Origin: Terriglobia bacterium
Lineage (GTDB): Bacteria > Acidobacteriota > Terriglobia > Terriglobales > Acidobacteriaceae
NCBI GenBank assembly: GCA_963823085.1
Contig: CAWGKF010000016.1
Location: 126,824 to 190,823, forward strand
Reading direction: 5' to 3'
Length of the DNA: 64,000 nt
The stretch's first letter is position 1; the number at the start of each line of letters is the position of its first letter. Under the pieces are notes generated by a model. The model was not told the DNA's origin. It was given only the letters and a program-made list of their open reading frames with translations, and did no database searches. Below are positions 1 through 8,912 of this stretch, one piece after another. A program made the position numbers and the translations under genes.

Positions 1-1
1 C

Positions 2-313
2 GGTTTCAACAACTCCATCTGCTCGAAGGCGGCAGATGTTCCGGCGCCGAAAGTTGAGGAATCCAAGGAGAGCGACTCGAAGGACAAGCTCGTCGCCGCA
101 GTGAAGGCGTCCTACTCCTTTTGCAGCGAAGCTCTTGGGAAGATGGACGACTCCAAGCTGGGAGACAGCATCGACCTGTTCGGTGGGCACCAGGCTCCTC
201 GCGCGATGGCTGCACTGGTCGCCGCCAGCGGCTGGTCCGACCACTATGCAGCAGCGGCCATGTACCTGCGGCTGAACGGAATCACGCCGCCATCGGCGCA
301 GCAGAAGCATTAG
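2..313 (+). CDS. DinB-family-like protein, C-terminal fragment (5' end lies outside window)
   Basis: Frame is open from the window edge to TAG at 311-313. The C-terminal '...HYAAAAMYLRLNGITPP' resembles the last helix of DinB/YfiT-type four-helix-bundle proteins. Confidence 0.5.
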   Translation, partial: GFNNSICSKAADVPAPKVEESKESDSKDKLVAAVKASYSFCSEALGKMDDSKLGDSIDLFGGHQAPRAMAALVAASGWSDHYAAAAMYLRLNGITPPSAQQKH

Positions 314-319
314 CAAGAC

Positions 320-420
320 AGCACTTAGCAGTTAGCAATTGGCATTTGGCGATCAGGTTTCCCAGATGGATTGGCGGGGAACTTGACTGGCTGAATGCTA
401 AGTGCCAACTGCTAAGTGCT
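320..420. repeat. Imperfect inverted repeat (arms 320-346 and 394-420) between convergent genes
   Basis: agcacttagcagttagcaattggcatt versus the reverse complement of aatgctaagtgccaactgctaagtgct; 24 of 27 positions match, with a ~47-nt spacer. The right arm overlaps the stop codon of the radical SAM gene. Confidence 0.5.
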
Positions 421-1447
421 ACTTAATTTGTACGAGTTCTTCCGCAGGAACTGCCGCTGGAGTGGGCTGGGCCGGCTGTTGCGGCGCCCGCCACGAATCG
501 AAGATGGAAACCTGGTGGACGCACGAAACCGTGCAGTGTGGAGCGCAGCCCTTTTCGGTCAGGTATTCGCGACGCAAATCTTCGCGGCTGTATTTCTCCA
601 GTGGGATTCCTGGATAGCCGCGCTGCTGGGAGCAGTAATGCACTAAACCGTTTTCGCAGATATAGAGATAGCGCGCGCCCGCGCGGCAACGCCAGTCGTT
701 CGGCTGGCCTTTAGCGATGTTGTCCTGAAATGCATTGATCCGCGTGAAGCTGCTTTTTTCGAGCGCCTGCATCTCGTGATAGATCCGGCGCTCCTCGTCC
801 CCTAGCGGTTGCAGCTGTCCGCTGCCATCGTGAATGATGCCGATCGTCGAAGTGAATCCCAGTTCGACCGCACGCTTCCCTATCACAAGCGCGTCCTGGG
901 GATGCGAGATGCCGCTGCCCACTACTGAATTAATGTTTACGTGAAAGTCGGCATGCTCGGCCAGCAGTTGCAGCTTTTTGTCGAGCACCTTCAGACTCTT
1001 CTTCGAAACCTCGTCGGGATTGACGTTGTCGATGGAAATCTGCAGCCATTCGAGCCCCGCACGGTTCAGTCGCTGGATGCGCTCCGCCACCAGCAGGTAA
1101 CCATTGGTGATAAGTCCGGCGATCATGCCATTGGCGCGAATCCGCCGGATCACATCGTCCAGTTCCGGATGCATCAGTGGCTCGCCGCCAGAGATGGTTA
1201 CGACGGAGGTTCCGAGCGCGCCCAGCTTGTCGATCCGGCGGTACATCTCATCGATCGGCACCGGCTTCGAAAAATCGTCAAACTCGTTGCAATAGGTACA
1301 CGCCAGATTGCAGCGCCGCATGGGAATGATGTGGGCCAAAAGTGGATGATCGGTCGACGCCAGCGCGCTGATCGCCATCTTTGCGCCACGCACGTTGCGG
1401 TGCAGGGCTTTGGCGCGGCGTCGCAAATTGGTCAAGGTGGTAGGCAT
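419..1447 (-). CDS. Radical SAM enzyme with Cys-rich (SPASM/twitch-like) C-terminal region
   Basis: CNLACTYC (CX3CX2C) follows 'IIPMRR', and GGEPLMHP is a SAM-binding motif. C-terminal cysteines lie in [19 protein letters not shown] and CAPHCTVSC. Start chosen at ATG 1447 (MPTTL); the ORF extends to 1522. Confidence 0.85.
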   Translation of the reverse strand: MPTTLTNLRRRAKALHRNVRGAKMAISALASTDHPLLAHIIPMRRCNLACTYCNEFDDFSKPVPIDEMYRRIDKLGALGTSVVTISGGEPLMHPELDDVIRRIRANGMIAGLITNGYLLVAERIQRLNRAGLEWLQISIDNVNPDEVSKKSLKVLDKKLQLLAEHADFHVNINSVVGSGISHPQDALVIGKRAVELGFTSTIGIIHDGSGQLQPLGDEERRIYHEMQALEKSSFTRINAFQDNIAKGQPNDWRCRAGARYLYICENGLVHYCSQQRGYPGIPLEKYSREDLRREYLTEKGCAPHCTVSCVHQVSIFDSWRAPQQPAQPTPAAVPAEELVQIK

Positions 1448-1582
1448 TATATGTGTACTTCTATTACAACACAGGCTCTCCCTTCGCGACTTCCAGATCC
1501 CAGCATTCGGCGCGGGCGGCACGCTAAATGGCAGAAAACACGGGGTAATCAGGTAAGAGTGGGCGCTCAGCGGTGGACGTTG

Positions 1583-1981
1583 TTACGACCCTTGTTGTGA
1601 CTCCAATTCGTGTCCGGCCTGATGCAGCGCATTGAGCGCGGCTCCAGCCCATTCTTCCTGAATCAATACATAATCCGTGTCATAGGTCGAAATCGCGAAG
1701 ATTGGAATGCCCTTCGTCGAAAGTGGTTCGATAAATGAGAGCAGCACTCCAGTTTGCGAGAAAGGAAATGGACCGTGCAGCTTGAGGCACATCCAATGAT
1801 GTTGGACCTCGACGTCGTGAGGAAGATTGGTGGCCGGACAGACTAAGGATAGTTCATCCCCGGTTCGGGTGATCGATGTGAACTCACCCGTCGTCGCCCA
1901 CTCGGGCACTGGTTCGTCCGGTGCCTGGCGGACGATGGCATACGGCTCTCGGAGGCGGCGAAATTTGAGTTGATGTCCCAT
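1583..1981 (-). CDS. ACT-domain-containing protein (small ligand-binding regulatory protein)
   Basis: 132-aa ORF. The pattern 'TGDELSLVCP...WMCLKLHGPFPFSQTGVLLSFIEPLSTKGIPIFAISTYDTDYVLI' is typical of stand-alone ACT_7-type proteins. Confidence 0.7.
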   Translation of the reverse strand: MGHQLKFRRLREPYAIVRQAPDEPVPEWATTGEFTSITRTGDELSLVCPATNLPHDVEVQHHWMCLKLHGPFPFSQTGVLLSFIEPLSTKGIPIFAISTYDTDYVLIQEEWAGAALNALHQAGHELESQQGS

Positions 1982-2009
1982 ATAAATCGTAGTTTTTGGA
2001 ACTGCACAA

Positions 2010-2699
2010 TCATCCTTCGATAGCCTTCTGCACTGCCGCCCGCGCCAGCAACCTTGTCGAATCGAGGGTTGGCAAGGGAGAAGACTCGGGCGTTACGAGC
2101 AAAGGAATCTCAGTGCACCCGAGCACCACGGCATCGCAGCCCTCGTCCTTTAGCGCCCGGATGACTTCAACGTAGTACGAAAGCGAACGCGGAAGAATAT
2201 AGCCGTTTACCAACTCGTCGAAAATAATCTGATTGATCCGCTCCCGTTCCACGGCGCTTGGCATCCGATACTCGACGCCCGCCGCCTTCAACGTCTCCGG
2301 ATAGACTGGGCCTTCCATCAAATAACGTGTGCCGAGGACCGCTAGCCGTTTGTACCCGCACCGCTTCGCCTCCGTTGCGACCTCACACGCGATATGCAGC
2401 CATGGACGCGGTGAACGATGCTCGACCAGATCAAATGCCTGGTGAATCGTGTTGTCCGGGCAGATCAGAAAATCCGCACCAGCCTTGGCCAGCTTCTCGG
2501 CTGAAGCGAGCATCAGTTCCGCCACGCCGGCCCAATCGCCGGAGTCGATGCTCTTCATGTACTGCGCCAGTGAAAACGAATGCAGTGACACCTCGGGATG
2601 ATCGTGTCGCCCAAGCTTCTTTGCTCCTTCAAGGGAGACCGTCCGGTAGCAGAGTGCTGCTCCTTCGGTACTGCACGCGACGATGCCGATGTGCAACAT
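2010..2699 (-). CDS. Aspartate/glutamate racemase family protein
   Basis: 229 aa. Two conserved Cys regions (IGIVACSTEGAA and VVLGCTEIPLL) are characteristic of Asp/Glu/hydantoin racemases. Confidence 0.85.
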   Translation of the reverse strand: MLHIGIVACSTEGAALCYRTVSLEGAKKLGRHDHPEVSLHSFSLAQYMKSIDSGDWAGVAELMLASAEKLAKAGADFLICPDNTIHQAFDLVEHRSPRPWLHIACEVATEAKRCGYKRLAVLGTRYLMEGPVYPETLKAAGVEYRMPSAVERERINQIIFDELVNGYILPRSLSYYVEVIRALKDEGCDAVVLGCTEIPLLVTPESSPLPTLDSTRLLARAAVQKAIEG

Positions 2700-2764
2700 G
2701 CAAACTGATTGTTAGGATGAGCAACTCGCAGTCATGCCGATTGTGGCGGAAGGAATCAGCCGAC

Positions 2765-3346
2765 TTAGCCGCCGAGCGACACCTTCATGATTGGCTGGGA
2801 CTTTCCCTCTCCCTCAGCATATGGACTCTGATCCCGAAACCGCTTCTCAAATTCTTCGCGCGTGCAAATCGTTTTCAAATCCGCAACGCGATCGAGGGCC
2901 AGAATTCCATCCAGATGGTCGATCTCATGTTGCAGCAGCTCGTTGAGATTACGGTCATCTCCAGCGTCGAACTCGAGCACCTCGCCCTCGAGATTCTGGT
3001 ACCTCACCGTAATCCAGCGCCATCTTTCCACCTGCATGAAGATCGAAAGAAAGCTCAGGCAAGCATCCCAAACGACCATCTTGTCAGCGCCGGCATCCAC
3101 GATCTCCGGATTGATCAGCGGCCACGCTTCGACACCCGGCAGTTTCAGAAAAATCACTCGCTGCAGTATGCCAATTTGCGGCGCCGCAATGCCGCGCCCG
3201 TAGCCAGTCGTGGAACGCCAGTGCGCCAGAGTGTCCGACAGATCGCGCACCAGTTGCTTGATTTCAGGCGAGCTCGCGTCCTCGACGCGCGCACATTTTG
3301 CTCTTAATAACGGATCTCCGAGCTGGATTATGGGCCGGATCGCCAT
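2765..3346 (-). CDS. def: Peptide deformylase
   Basis: Three deformylase motifs are present: GIAAPQIG, ACLSF (EGCLS-like) and HEIDHLDG. ATG at 3346. Confidence 0.9.
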   Translation of the reverse strand: MAIRPIIQLGDPLLRAKCARVEDASSPEIKQLVRDLSDTLAHWRSTTGYGRGIAAPQIGILQRVIFLKLPGVEAWPLINPEIVDAGADKMVVWDACLSFLSIFMQVERWRWITVRYQNLEGEVLEFDAGDDRNLNELLQHEIDHLDGILALDRVADLKTICTREEFEKRFRDQSPYAEGEGKSQPIMKVSLGG

Positions 3347-3367
3347 ACATGCACCCCTCGCAATGAC

Positions 3368-3562
3368 TCAAGAGTTCCCAGGGCCCTTTTTTATCACCGG
3401 TTTTGCATCCGTCCATACGAATTGGAGGATGGTGCACAATACTAACCCCAAAAGCACATCCGCAAGCAAGGGATGCGCCGGCCAGATCTTGCCCGGAATA
3501 TGCAGCCACCACGAGACAAGCGAAACCAAAGTTGCCACCAGGCTGATCTTCAAGGTCTTCAT
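3368..3562 (-). CDS. Small hypothetical membrane protein (two predicted TM helices)
   Basis: 64-aa ORF packed tightly between add (stop 3579) and def (start 3346). Hydrophobic segments are LVATLVSLVSWWL and LLADVLLGLVLCTILQFVW. Confidence 0.45.
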   Translation of the reverse strand: MKTLKISLVATLVSLVSWWLHIPGKIWPAHPLLADVLLGLVLCTILQFVWTDAKPVIKKGPGNS

Positions 3563-3578
3563 GTATTTGGCGATTCCG

Positions 3579-4595
3579 TTATCGCGCTGCCGCTGCGTCG
3601 AACAGGCTCAGCAATTCCAGCTTCTTTTCGGCCGGCAAGAAAGACGCCTCGAACGAGTTCCGCGCCAGTTCGCGAAGATGCTCATCCGTAAATCCAAATG
3701 TCTCCTGGGCAAACTGATATTCGCGCGCCAGCGTGGTGCCGAACAACGCCGGATCGTCGGTATTCAGCGTCACCATAAGCCCCTGATCGAAATAGTTCTT
3801 CACTGGATGCTCGGTAGCGACCTTGCAGCAACCCGTACGCAGATTGCTGGTCAAACAAATCTCGATCGGAATTTGCCGGTACGCCAGTTCCTCGATCAGA
3901 TCCGGATCTTGCGCCGCGCTCAGTCCGTGACCAATGCGTTCTGCATGCAGATTCAGCGCGCCCCAGATCGATTCCGCCGTTCCCGTTTCCCCGGCATGGG
4001 CCGTCAATCGTAGCCCGTGATCTTCAGCGTAGGCGTACACCCCGCGAAAAAGCTCTGGAGGTGCCTTAATCTCATCCCCTCCAATGCCGATCCCCACCAC
4101 GTGCCGGTCTCTGTAGCGTGCGGCAAGTTCAAAAACTTTCTGGGCCTCTTCCACGCCGAAGTGGCGAGTCGCATCAAAAATCCAAAGCAAAGAAACTCCA
4201 AAATCGCGCGCACCTCGCGCCCGCCCCCGCTCAAGACCTTCGAAAATGGCAGCGAAATCCTGCTTGCGATAAAGGCACACGCCCACGGAGACGTATACCT
4301 CGGCATGCAGCACCGTTTCATCTTTCAGTTGCTGCATGAGGCGGTACGTCGCGATCTCGTAATCCTCCGGTCCCCGCAGATGCGCACTTACATCCCGAAA
4401 CGCCATCAGGAAGCTGGCGAAATCGTTGTAGCGATAAAGCGGTTCGGTATCGGCCAGGGTGGCGTTCTCTCCGTGATTGCGGCGAAGCTCGACCAACGTT
4501 GCCGGTGTTACGGCCCCTTCAAGATGCAAATGCAAATCCGCCTTAGGAAGTTGACGGATAAAGGCGTTCGGCAATTGGGCTCCTGCGTTACTCAT
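3579..4595 (-). CDS. add: Adenosine deaminase
   Basis: LPKADLHLHLEGA metal-binding motif, plus 'LTAHAGE' and 'VTLNTDDP'. Start chosen at ATG 4595 (MSNAG); the upstream extension to 4790 overlaps the divergent gene. Confidence 0.9.
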   Translation of the reverse strand: MSNAGAQLPNAFIRQLPKADLHLHLEGAVTPATLVELRRNHGENATLADTEPLYRYNDFASFLMAFRDVSAHLRGPEDYEIATYRLMQQLKDETVLHAEVYVSVGVCLYRKQDFAAIFEGLERGRARGARDFGVSLLWIFDATRHFGVEEAQKVFELAARYRDRHVVGIGIGGDEIKAPPELFRGVYAYAEDHGLRLTAHAGETGTAESIWGALNLHAERIGHGLSAAQDPDLIEELAYRQIPIEICLTSNLRTGCCKVATEHPVKNYFDQGLMVTLNTDDPALFGTTLAREYQFAQETFGFTDEHLRELARNSFEASFLPAEKKLELLSLFDAAAAR

Positions 4596-4683
4596 GGATT
4601 CGATTGTAGTTTGCAGTTTGCATATTTGCGAGAGACCGCGCCCTTCTTGCTTTACAATCCGATTTCTGTTGATCGGAGGAATT

Positions 4684-6282
4684 ATGTTGAAACGGAACAC
4701 GCGGCTGCCAGTGGCTCTTGCAACCGTCTCCTTATCTTTCTTTTGCTTGGCGTCGTTCTCATGTTTCGCATCGTCGGCCCCGCAGGTCAAGACTCACTCT
4801 GGCACAGTGGAAGGCAAGGACGACGGCAAGGTTCGCTCCTTTCTGGGTATTCCCTATGCCGTGCCTCCGGTCGGCGAACTTCGCTGGAAAGCGCCGCAGC
4901 CCGTTGCGAAATGGAGCGGCGTTCGCAAGGCAACTGAATTCGGATTCCATTGCATGCAGGGGAATGTTTACGGAGACATGGTTTTTCGCGATCCCGGTCC
5001 GAGCGAAGATTGCCTCACGCTCAACATTTGGGTCCCCGTCAGGCACGAGGGCGGAAAGCTTCCCGTCATGGTCTGGATCTATGGCGGAGGCTTCGCCGCC
5101 GGCAGCACCTCGGAAGGCCGCCAGGATGGCTGGCAACTCGCGCAGCGTGGCGTCATCGTCGTCTCGATGAACTACCGGCTCGGCGTCTTCGGATTCTTCG
5201 TGCATCCAGAACTGGCAAAAGAATCCGGGCACAACTCTGCCGGCAATTACGGATTGCTCGACCAACTGGCCGCGCTGAGTTGGGTGCATGAAAACATCGC
5301 CGCATTCGGTGGGGATCCCGGGAACGTGACCATCTTCGGTGAGAGCGCGGGCTCTTTCTCAGTATCGGCGCAAATGGCGTCGCCATTGGATAAAGGACTG
5401 TTCCAGAGGGCAATTGGCGAAAGCGGAGCGGCGTTTTCTCGCAGCGGGTTGTCGTTCGATCCGCTCTCTGTCCGCGAAGAAAAAGATGTGAAACTCGTAA
5501 ATGAAAAGCTGGGAGTTTCGACTCTCGCCGAGTTACGCGCCGTTCCTGCTGACAAATTACTTGCAGCATTTGCGCCACCCAAGTCCCAAGGTTTCGATTT
5601 CGGACCTGACATTGACGGATATTTCCTTCCCGAGTCCGTCCCTGATATTTTTGCCGCCGGAAAGCAGAATGACGTTCCCTTGCTCGCTGGTTGGAATCAC
5701 GACGAAGGCAGCTTTGAGATCGGACCGCAGAAGCCCAACGCCGAGAGCATGAAGGCAACCGCGCAAAAAGACTTCGGCGATAAGGCCGACGAGTTCCTCA
5801 AGCTCTATCCCGTCGACACTCCCCAGCAAGCCCTGCGCTCGGCCGAAGACTATGCCGGTGACAAATTCATCGCCATGTCGACCTGGGCATGGATTGAAGC
5901 GCAGAGTAAGACCGGCAAGCAGCCGATCTACCGATATCGATTCGACATGGCGCCAGTGCCGTCGGATCCGAACGCTCCGCGAATGGGCGCCTATCATTCT
6001 GCTGAGATCGAGTACGTTTTCGGACAGCTCGACTCGAAAACCGACGTGACCTGGCGTCCTGACGACCGCCAGCTCAGCGAGATGATGCAGAAATACTGGT
6101 CGAACTTCGCCAAGACTGGCAATCCCAACGGTGCTGGCTTGCCGAACTGGCCGATGTACGACTCAACCGACGGATGGCCGGTGATGTATTTAACCGCCCA
6201 GCCAGCCGCCCATAAAGACAATCTGCGGGATCGCTATTTGTTTTTGTCGAAGGAGTGGGCGAAGAATAAGTCAGGCGAGTAA
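4684..6282 (+). CDS. Secreted carboxylesterase/lipase, type B family
   Basis: GESAGS nucleophile elbow, IYGGGF oxyanion region, and an N-terminal signal peptide. GGAGGA lies 3 nt upstream of ATG 4684. Confidence 0.9.
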   Translation: MLKRNTRLPVALATVSLSFFCLASFSCFASSAPQVKTHSGTVEGKDDGKVRSFLGIPYAVPPVGELRWKAPQPVAKWSGVRKATEFGFHCMQGNVYGDMVFRDPGPSEDCLTLNIWVPVRHEGGKLPVMVWIYGGGFAAGSTSEGRQDGWQLAQRGVIVVSMNYRLGVFGFFVHPELAKESGHNSAGNYGLLDQLAALSWVHENIAAFGGDPGNVTIFGESAGSFSVSAQMASPLDKGLFQRAIGESGAAFSRSGLSFDPLSVREEKDVKLVNEKLGVSTLAELRAVPADKLLAAFAPPKSQGFDFGPDIDGYFLPESVPDIFAAGKQNDVPLLAGWNHDEGSFEIGPQKPNAESMKATAQKDFGDKADEFLKLYPVDTPQQALRSAEDYAGDKFIAMSTWAWIEAQSKTGKQPIYRYRFDMAPVPSDPNAPRMGAYHSAEIEYVFGQLDSKTDVTWRPDDRQLSEMMQKYWSNFAKTGNPNGAGLPNWPMYDSTDGWPVMYLTAQPAAHKDNLRDRYLFLSKEWAKNKSGE

Positions 6283-6370
6283 AGAAAGGTTTTTCCATCC
6301 TGAGCGACGCAGACCAGACCGGTCCGACGCCGTCGAAGGATCCCGACCAGTATTTCGGATGCGGAGGGAA

Positions 6371-7990
6371 CTATCTCTTCGCGAACTCGCTGCGATGCCG
6401 GCTGTAGAAGACATAGATCAACAGTCCAAGTCCGAGCCAGACCACAAAGCGCCGCCATGTAACCAGGGTAAGGCCGAGCATCAGTCCGCCACACAGAATC
6501 ACCGAGATCAGCGGGAACCACGGCACAAAGGGCACGCGGAACGCGCGCTTGCGATCGGGTTGCCTGCGGCGCAGAAAAATGACGCCCAGCGAAACCAGCA
6601 CGAAAGCAAACAACGTCCCAATATTGGCCAGATCAGCGGCATCCGCAATATCCACCAGCCCCGCCGGAATCCCCACGGCAAAGCAGGCAATCCAGGTGGA
6701 CCAGTACGGCGTCTTGTATTTCGGATGTACCGCGGAAAACAATTTCGGCAGCAAGCCGTCGCGCGACATCGCATACCAGATACGCGCCTGCCCGTACTGA
6801 AAAACGAGCAACGAAGAGATCATCCCGGTCAGCGCGCCCAGTACGATCACCGATCGGAAAACCGGGTGCACGCCCAGATATTTCATGGCATAGGCAACGG
6901 GCGCTTCGGCCGCTTCGCCGGAAACGAAGGTCGTGTACTTCATCATGCCGAGCAGCACCAAAGCGACGCCGACGTATAGCAGAGTGCAGACGATCAGCGA
7001 CATGATGATGCCGAAGGGCAAATCTTTTTGCGGATTGCGCGACTCCTCGGCCGCGGTCGAAACCGAATCGAATCCGATGTAGGTGAAGAAAACGATCGCG
7101 CCCCCGGTCACGATTCCGCCAAAGCCGGAAGGCGCGAAGGGCGTCCAGTTCGCCGGCTTCACCAGCATTCCACCGACCACCAGGAAGGTCAGGATCGCGC
7201 CGATTTTGATCGCGACCATGATGTTATTGGTCTCGGCCGATTCTTTCACTCCGCGTACCAGCAGCAGCGTGAGAATAAAGACGATCAGAAACCCCGGCAG
7301 ATTAAAGTAGGCGCCCGTCCACTGCCCCGAGGCCCACACTGGGCTGGCCCATTTGTCGGGCAAGTGGATGCCAAATGCCAGGAATTGCGCCTTGGTATAG
7401 CCGGCGAAGCCCACAGCGACGGCAACGTTCGAGACCACGTATTCGAGAATCAGATCCCAGCCGATGATCCAGGCAAAAATTTCGCCGAGAGTCGCGTACG
7501 AATACGTATAAGCGCTGCCAGCGATCGGAATCATCGAGGCCAGTTCTGCGTAGCACAATCCGGCGAAACTGCACGCAACCGCTACCAGGAAAAACGAGAT
7601 CGCGATCGATGGCCCGGCCGGCGGACGCCCGTGCATGAGCGCTCCCGACGTGCTGCCCGTGCGCAGCAAACTCAAGATCACGTCAAGAGCCTGGGCATGC
7701 CAGATCGAAGAGGCCGTGAAATATTCTCCGGCCGCCGCCGTTCCAGTCAGCACAAAAATCCCGGAACCGATGATGGCGCCGATGCCCAGCGCCGTCAGCG
7801 ACCACGGGCCGAGCGTCTTCTGCAGACGGTGGCCCGGCGTTTCCGATTCTGCGATCAGCTTATCGATCGACTTGCAGCAGAAAAGTTGGTTGTCTGAGGT
7901 GCGAACGACTTTGTCGGAAGGAGGCTCGGTGGTTGTGGGTTGCGACAAGAGGTTTGATTTCTCCTGAACGGAGGAACTCGAAATTGGCAC
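6371..7990 (-). CDS. Amino acid permease (APC superfamily, cationic amino acid transporter-like)
   Basis: 539 aa with many TM segments. The N-terminal signature is 'LTALGIGAIIGSGIFVLTG'. Confidence 0.9.
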   Translation of the reverse strand: MPISSSSVQEKSNLLSQPTTTEPPSDKVVRTSDNQLFCCKSIDKLIAESETPGHRLQKTLGPWSLTALGIGAIIGSGIFVLTGTAAAGEYFTASSIWHAQALDVILSLLRTGSTSGALMHGRPPAGPSIAISFFLVAVACSFAGLCYAELASMIPIAGSAYTYSYATLGEIFAWIIGWDLILEYVVSNVAVAVGFAGYTKAQFLAFGIHLPDKWASPVWASGQWTGAYFNLPGFLIVFILTLLLVRGVKESAETNNIMVAIKIGAILTFLVVGGMLVKPANWTPFAPSGFGGIVTGGAIVFFTYIGFDSVSTAAEESRNPQKDLPFGIIMSLIVCTLLYVGVALVLLGMMKYTTFVSGEAAEAPVAYAMKYLGVHPVFRSVIVLGALTGMISSLLVFQYGQARIWYAMSRDGLLPKLFSAVHPKYKTPYWSTWIACFAVGIPAGLVDIADAADLANIGTLFAFVLVSLGVIFLRRRQPDRKRAFRVPFVPWFPLISVILCGGLMLGLTLVTWRRFVVWLGLGLLIYVFYSRHRSEFAKR

Positions 7991-8002
7991 TGAAAAGGCT
8001 GC

Positions 8003-8031
8003 CCCACCCTTCGCGTTTTTCGAAGGGTGGG
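8003..8031. other. GC-rich hairpin (10-11 bp stem) between small basic ORF and permease
   Basis: ccacccttcg-cgttttt-cgaagggtgg is a perfect inverted repeat. No clean U-tract follows on either strand, so a terminator role is uncertain. Confidence 0.3.
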
Positions 8032-8048
8032 ATTCCCGAGTGCTGCTC

Positions 8049-8210
8049 TTACCGCTTCGCTTGGCCGCGGGCTAACTTCTTAACCTTCGGCTTTTTCGAT
8101 CCCCGCGGATAGTCACGAGGCTTCAGCGGTTTGTCCGCTTTGCGCTTCTTGCGCGCGGCGCGTTTTGTTTTCTTACGTTCGTCTCTGCTTAGTGCTGTCG
8201 TATTCGCCAT
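8049..8210 (-). CDS. Possible 53-aa highly basic (Lys/Arg-rich) small protein
   Basis: ATG 8210 to TAA 8049: MANTTALSRDERKKTKRAARKKRKADKPLKPRDYPRGSKKPKVKKLARGQAKR. It falls below the ORF-track size cutoff. AAGGA lies ~15 nt upstream. Confidence 0.35.
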   Translation of the reverse strand: MANTTALSRDERKKTKRAARKKRKADKPLKPRDYPRGSKKPKVKKLARGQAKR

Positions 8211-8275
8211 GAATCGGTCTATTCGTCCTTATGTACAGTTTTGTCTTTACAGCAAACTCTCGAGCTCAAACACTT

Positions 8276-8830
8276 TTAGAACGGTGGAAAGCGGTCTTCC
8301 GAACCCCAGCACTGGATGTCGTCGCTCCAAAACACCAGCCCATCTTCATTCGTCTGAAGCATACGCGCACCTTGCGCGACTGTGAATTCCACGTAGGGCC
8401 ACACCGCGAACGGCGGCCGAGTCTTTATCTCCTGGTTGATAATGCTGTTCCACTTCACGCAATCTCTTGCGCTGTTCGGGTTCGGCGCCGTATTGGGGCT
8501 GATTGCCTGCGCCGTGTAGTAGTTGAAGATCTGCAAGCCTTCGGGCTCAAAATTCCCGTCGGAATTCATCACTTGCAACTCGATCACGAACTTGTAGACG
8601 TCGATCGGCTGGTTCGTGCCGGCTACGGTGTCATGACGAAGCTGCATCAGGACCGGAGTACCATCCAGGATTGAAAAATAGTCGTACGGTGGCTGCTTTT
8701 GCGGTTCTATCGCACGTCCGAGATTCTCCGAATTGTTCGCCGGACGACGCTCCGTCTTCGTTCTTTTCGGCTGCGCCATTGCAGACGTCGCCAGCAGAGC
8801 CGCTAATACGAAAATGAAAACTCCTCTCAT
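8276..8830 (-). CDS. Secreted hypothetical protein
   Basis: Signal peptide MRGVFIFVLAALLATSAMAQ. I recognise no domain. Confidence 0.6.
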   Translation of the reverse strand: MRGVFIFVLAALLATSAMAQPKRTKTERRPANNSENLGRAIEPQKQPPYDYFSILDGTPVLMQLRHDTVAGTNQPIDVYKFVIELQVMNSDGNFEPEGLQIFNYYTAQAISPNTAPNPNSARDCVKWNSIINQEIKTRPPFAVWPYVEFTVAQGARMLQTNEDGLVFWSDDIQCWGSEDRFPPF

Positions 8831-8912
8831 AGTGACTCCATAATTAGCACGGCTGGGCTATGTCTGCCCGGTCTGCCATGATTGGGAACTTTTCCTGAAG
8901 TGTCCGGACCAA

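Noticed and set aside
4596-4790. Upstream extensions of add (to 4790) and of the carboxylesterase (from 4594) that would make the divergent genes overlap by ~200 nt.
   Set aside because: The internal ATGs at 4595 (add, just before the LPKADLHLHLEG motif region) and 4684 (esterase, with a GGAGGA RBS and signal peptide) give normal N-termini and a sensible 88-nt divergent promoter region.
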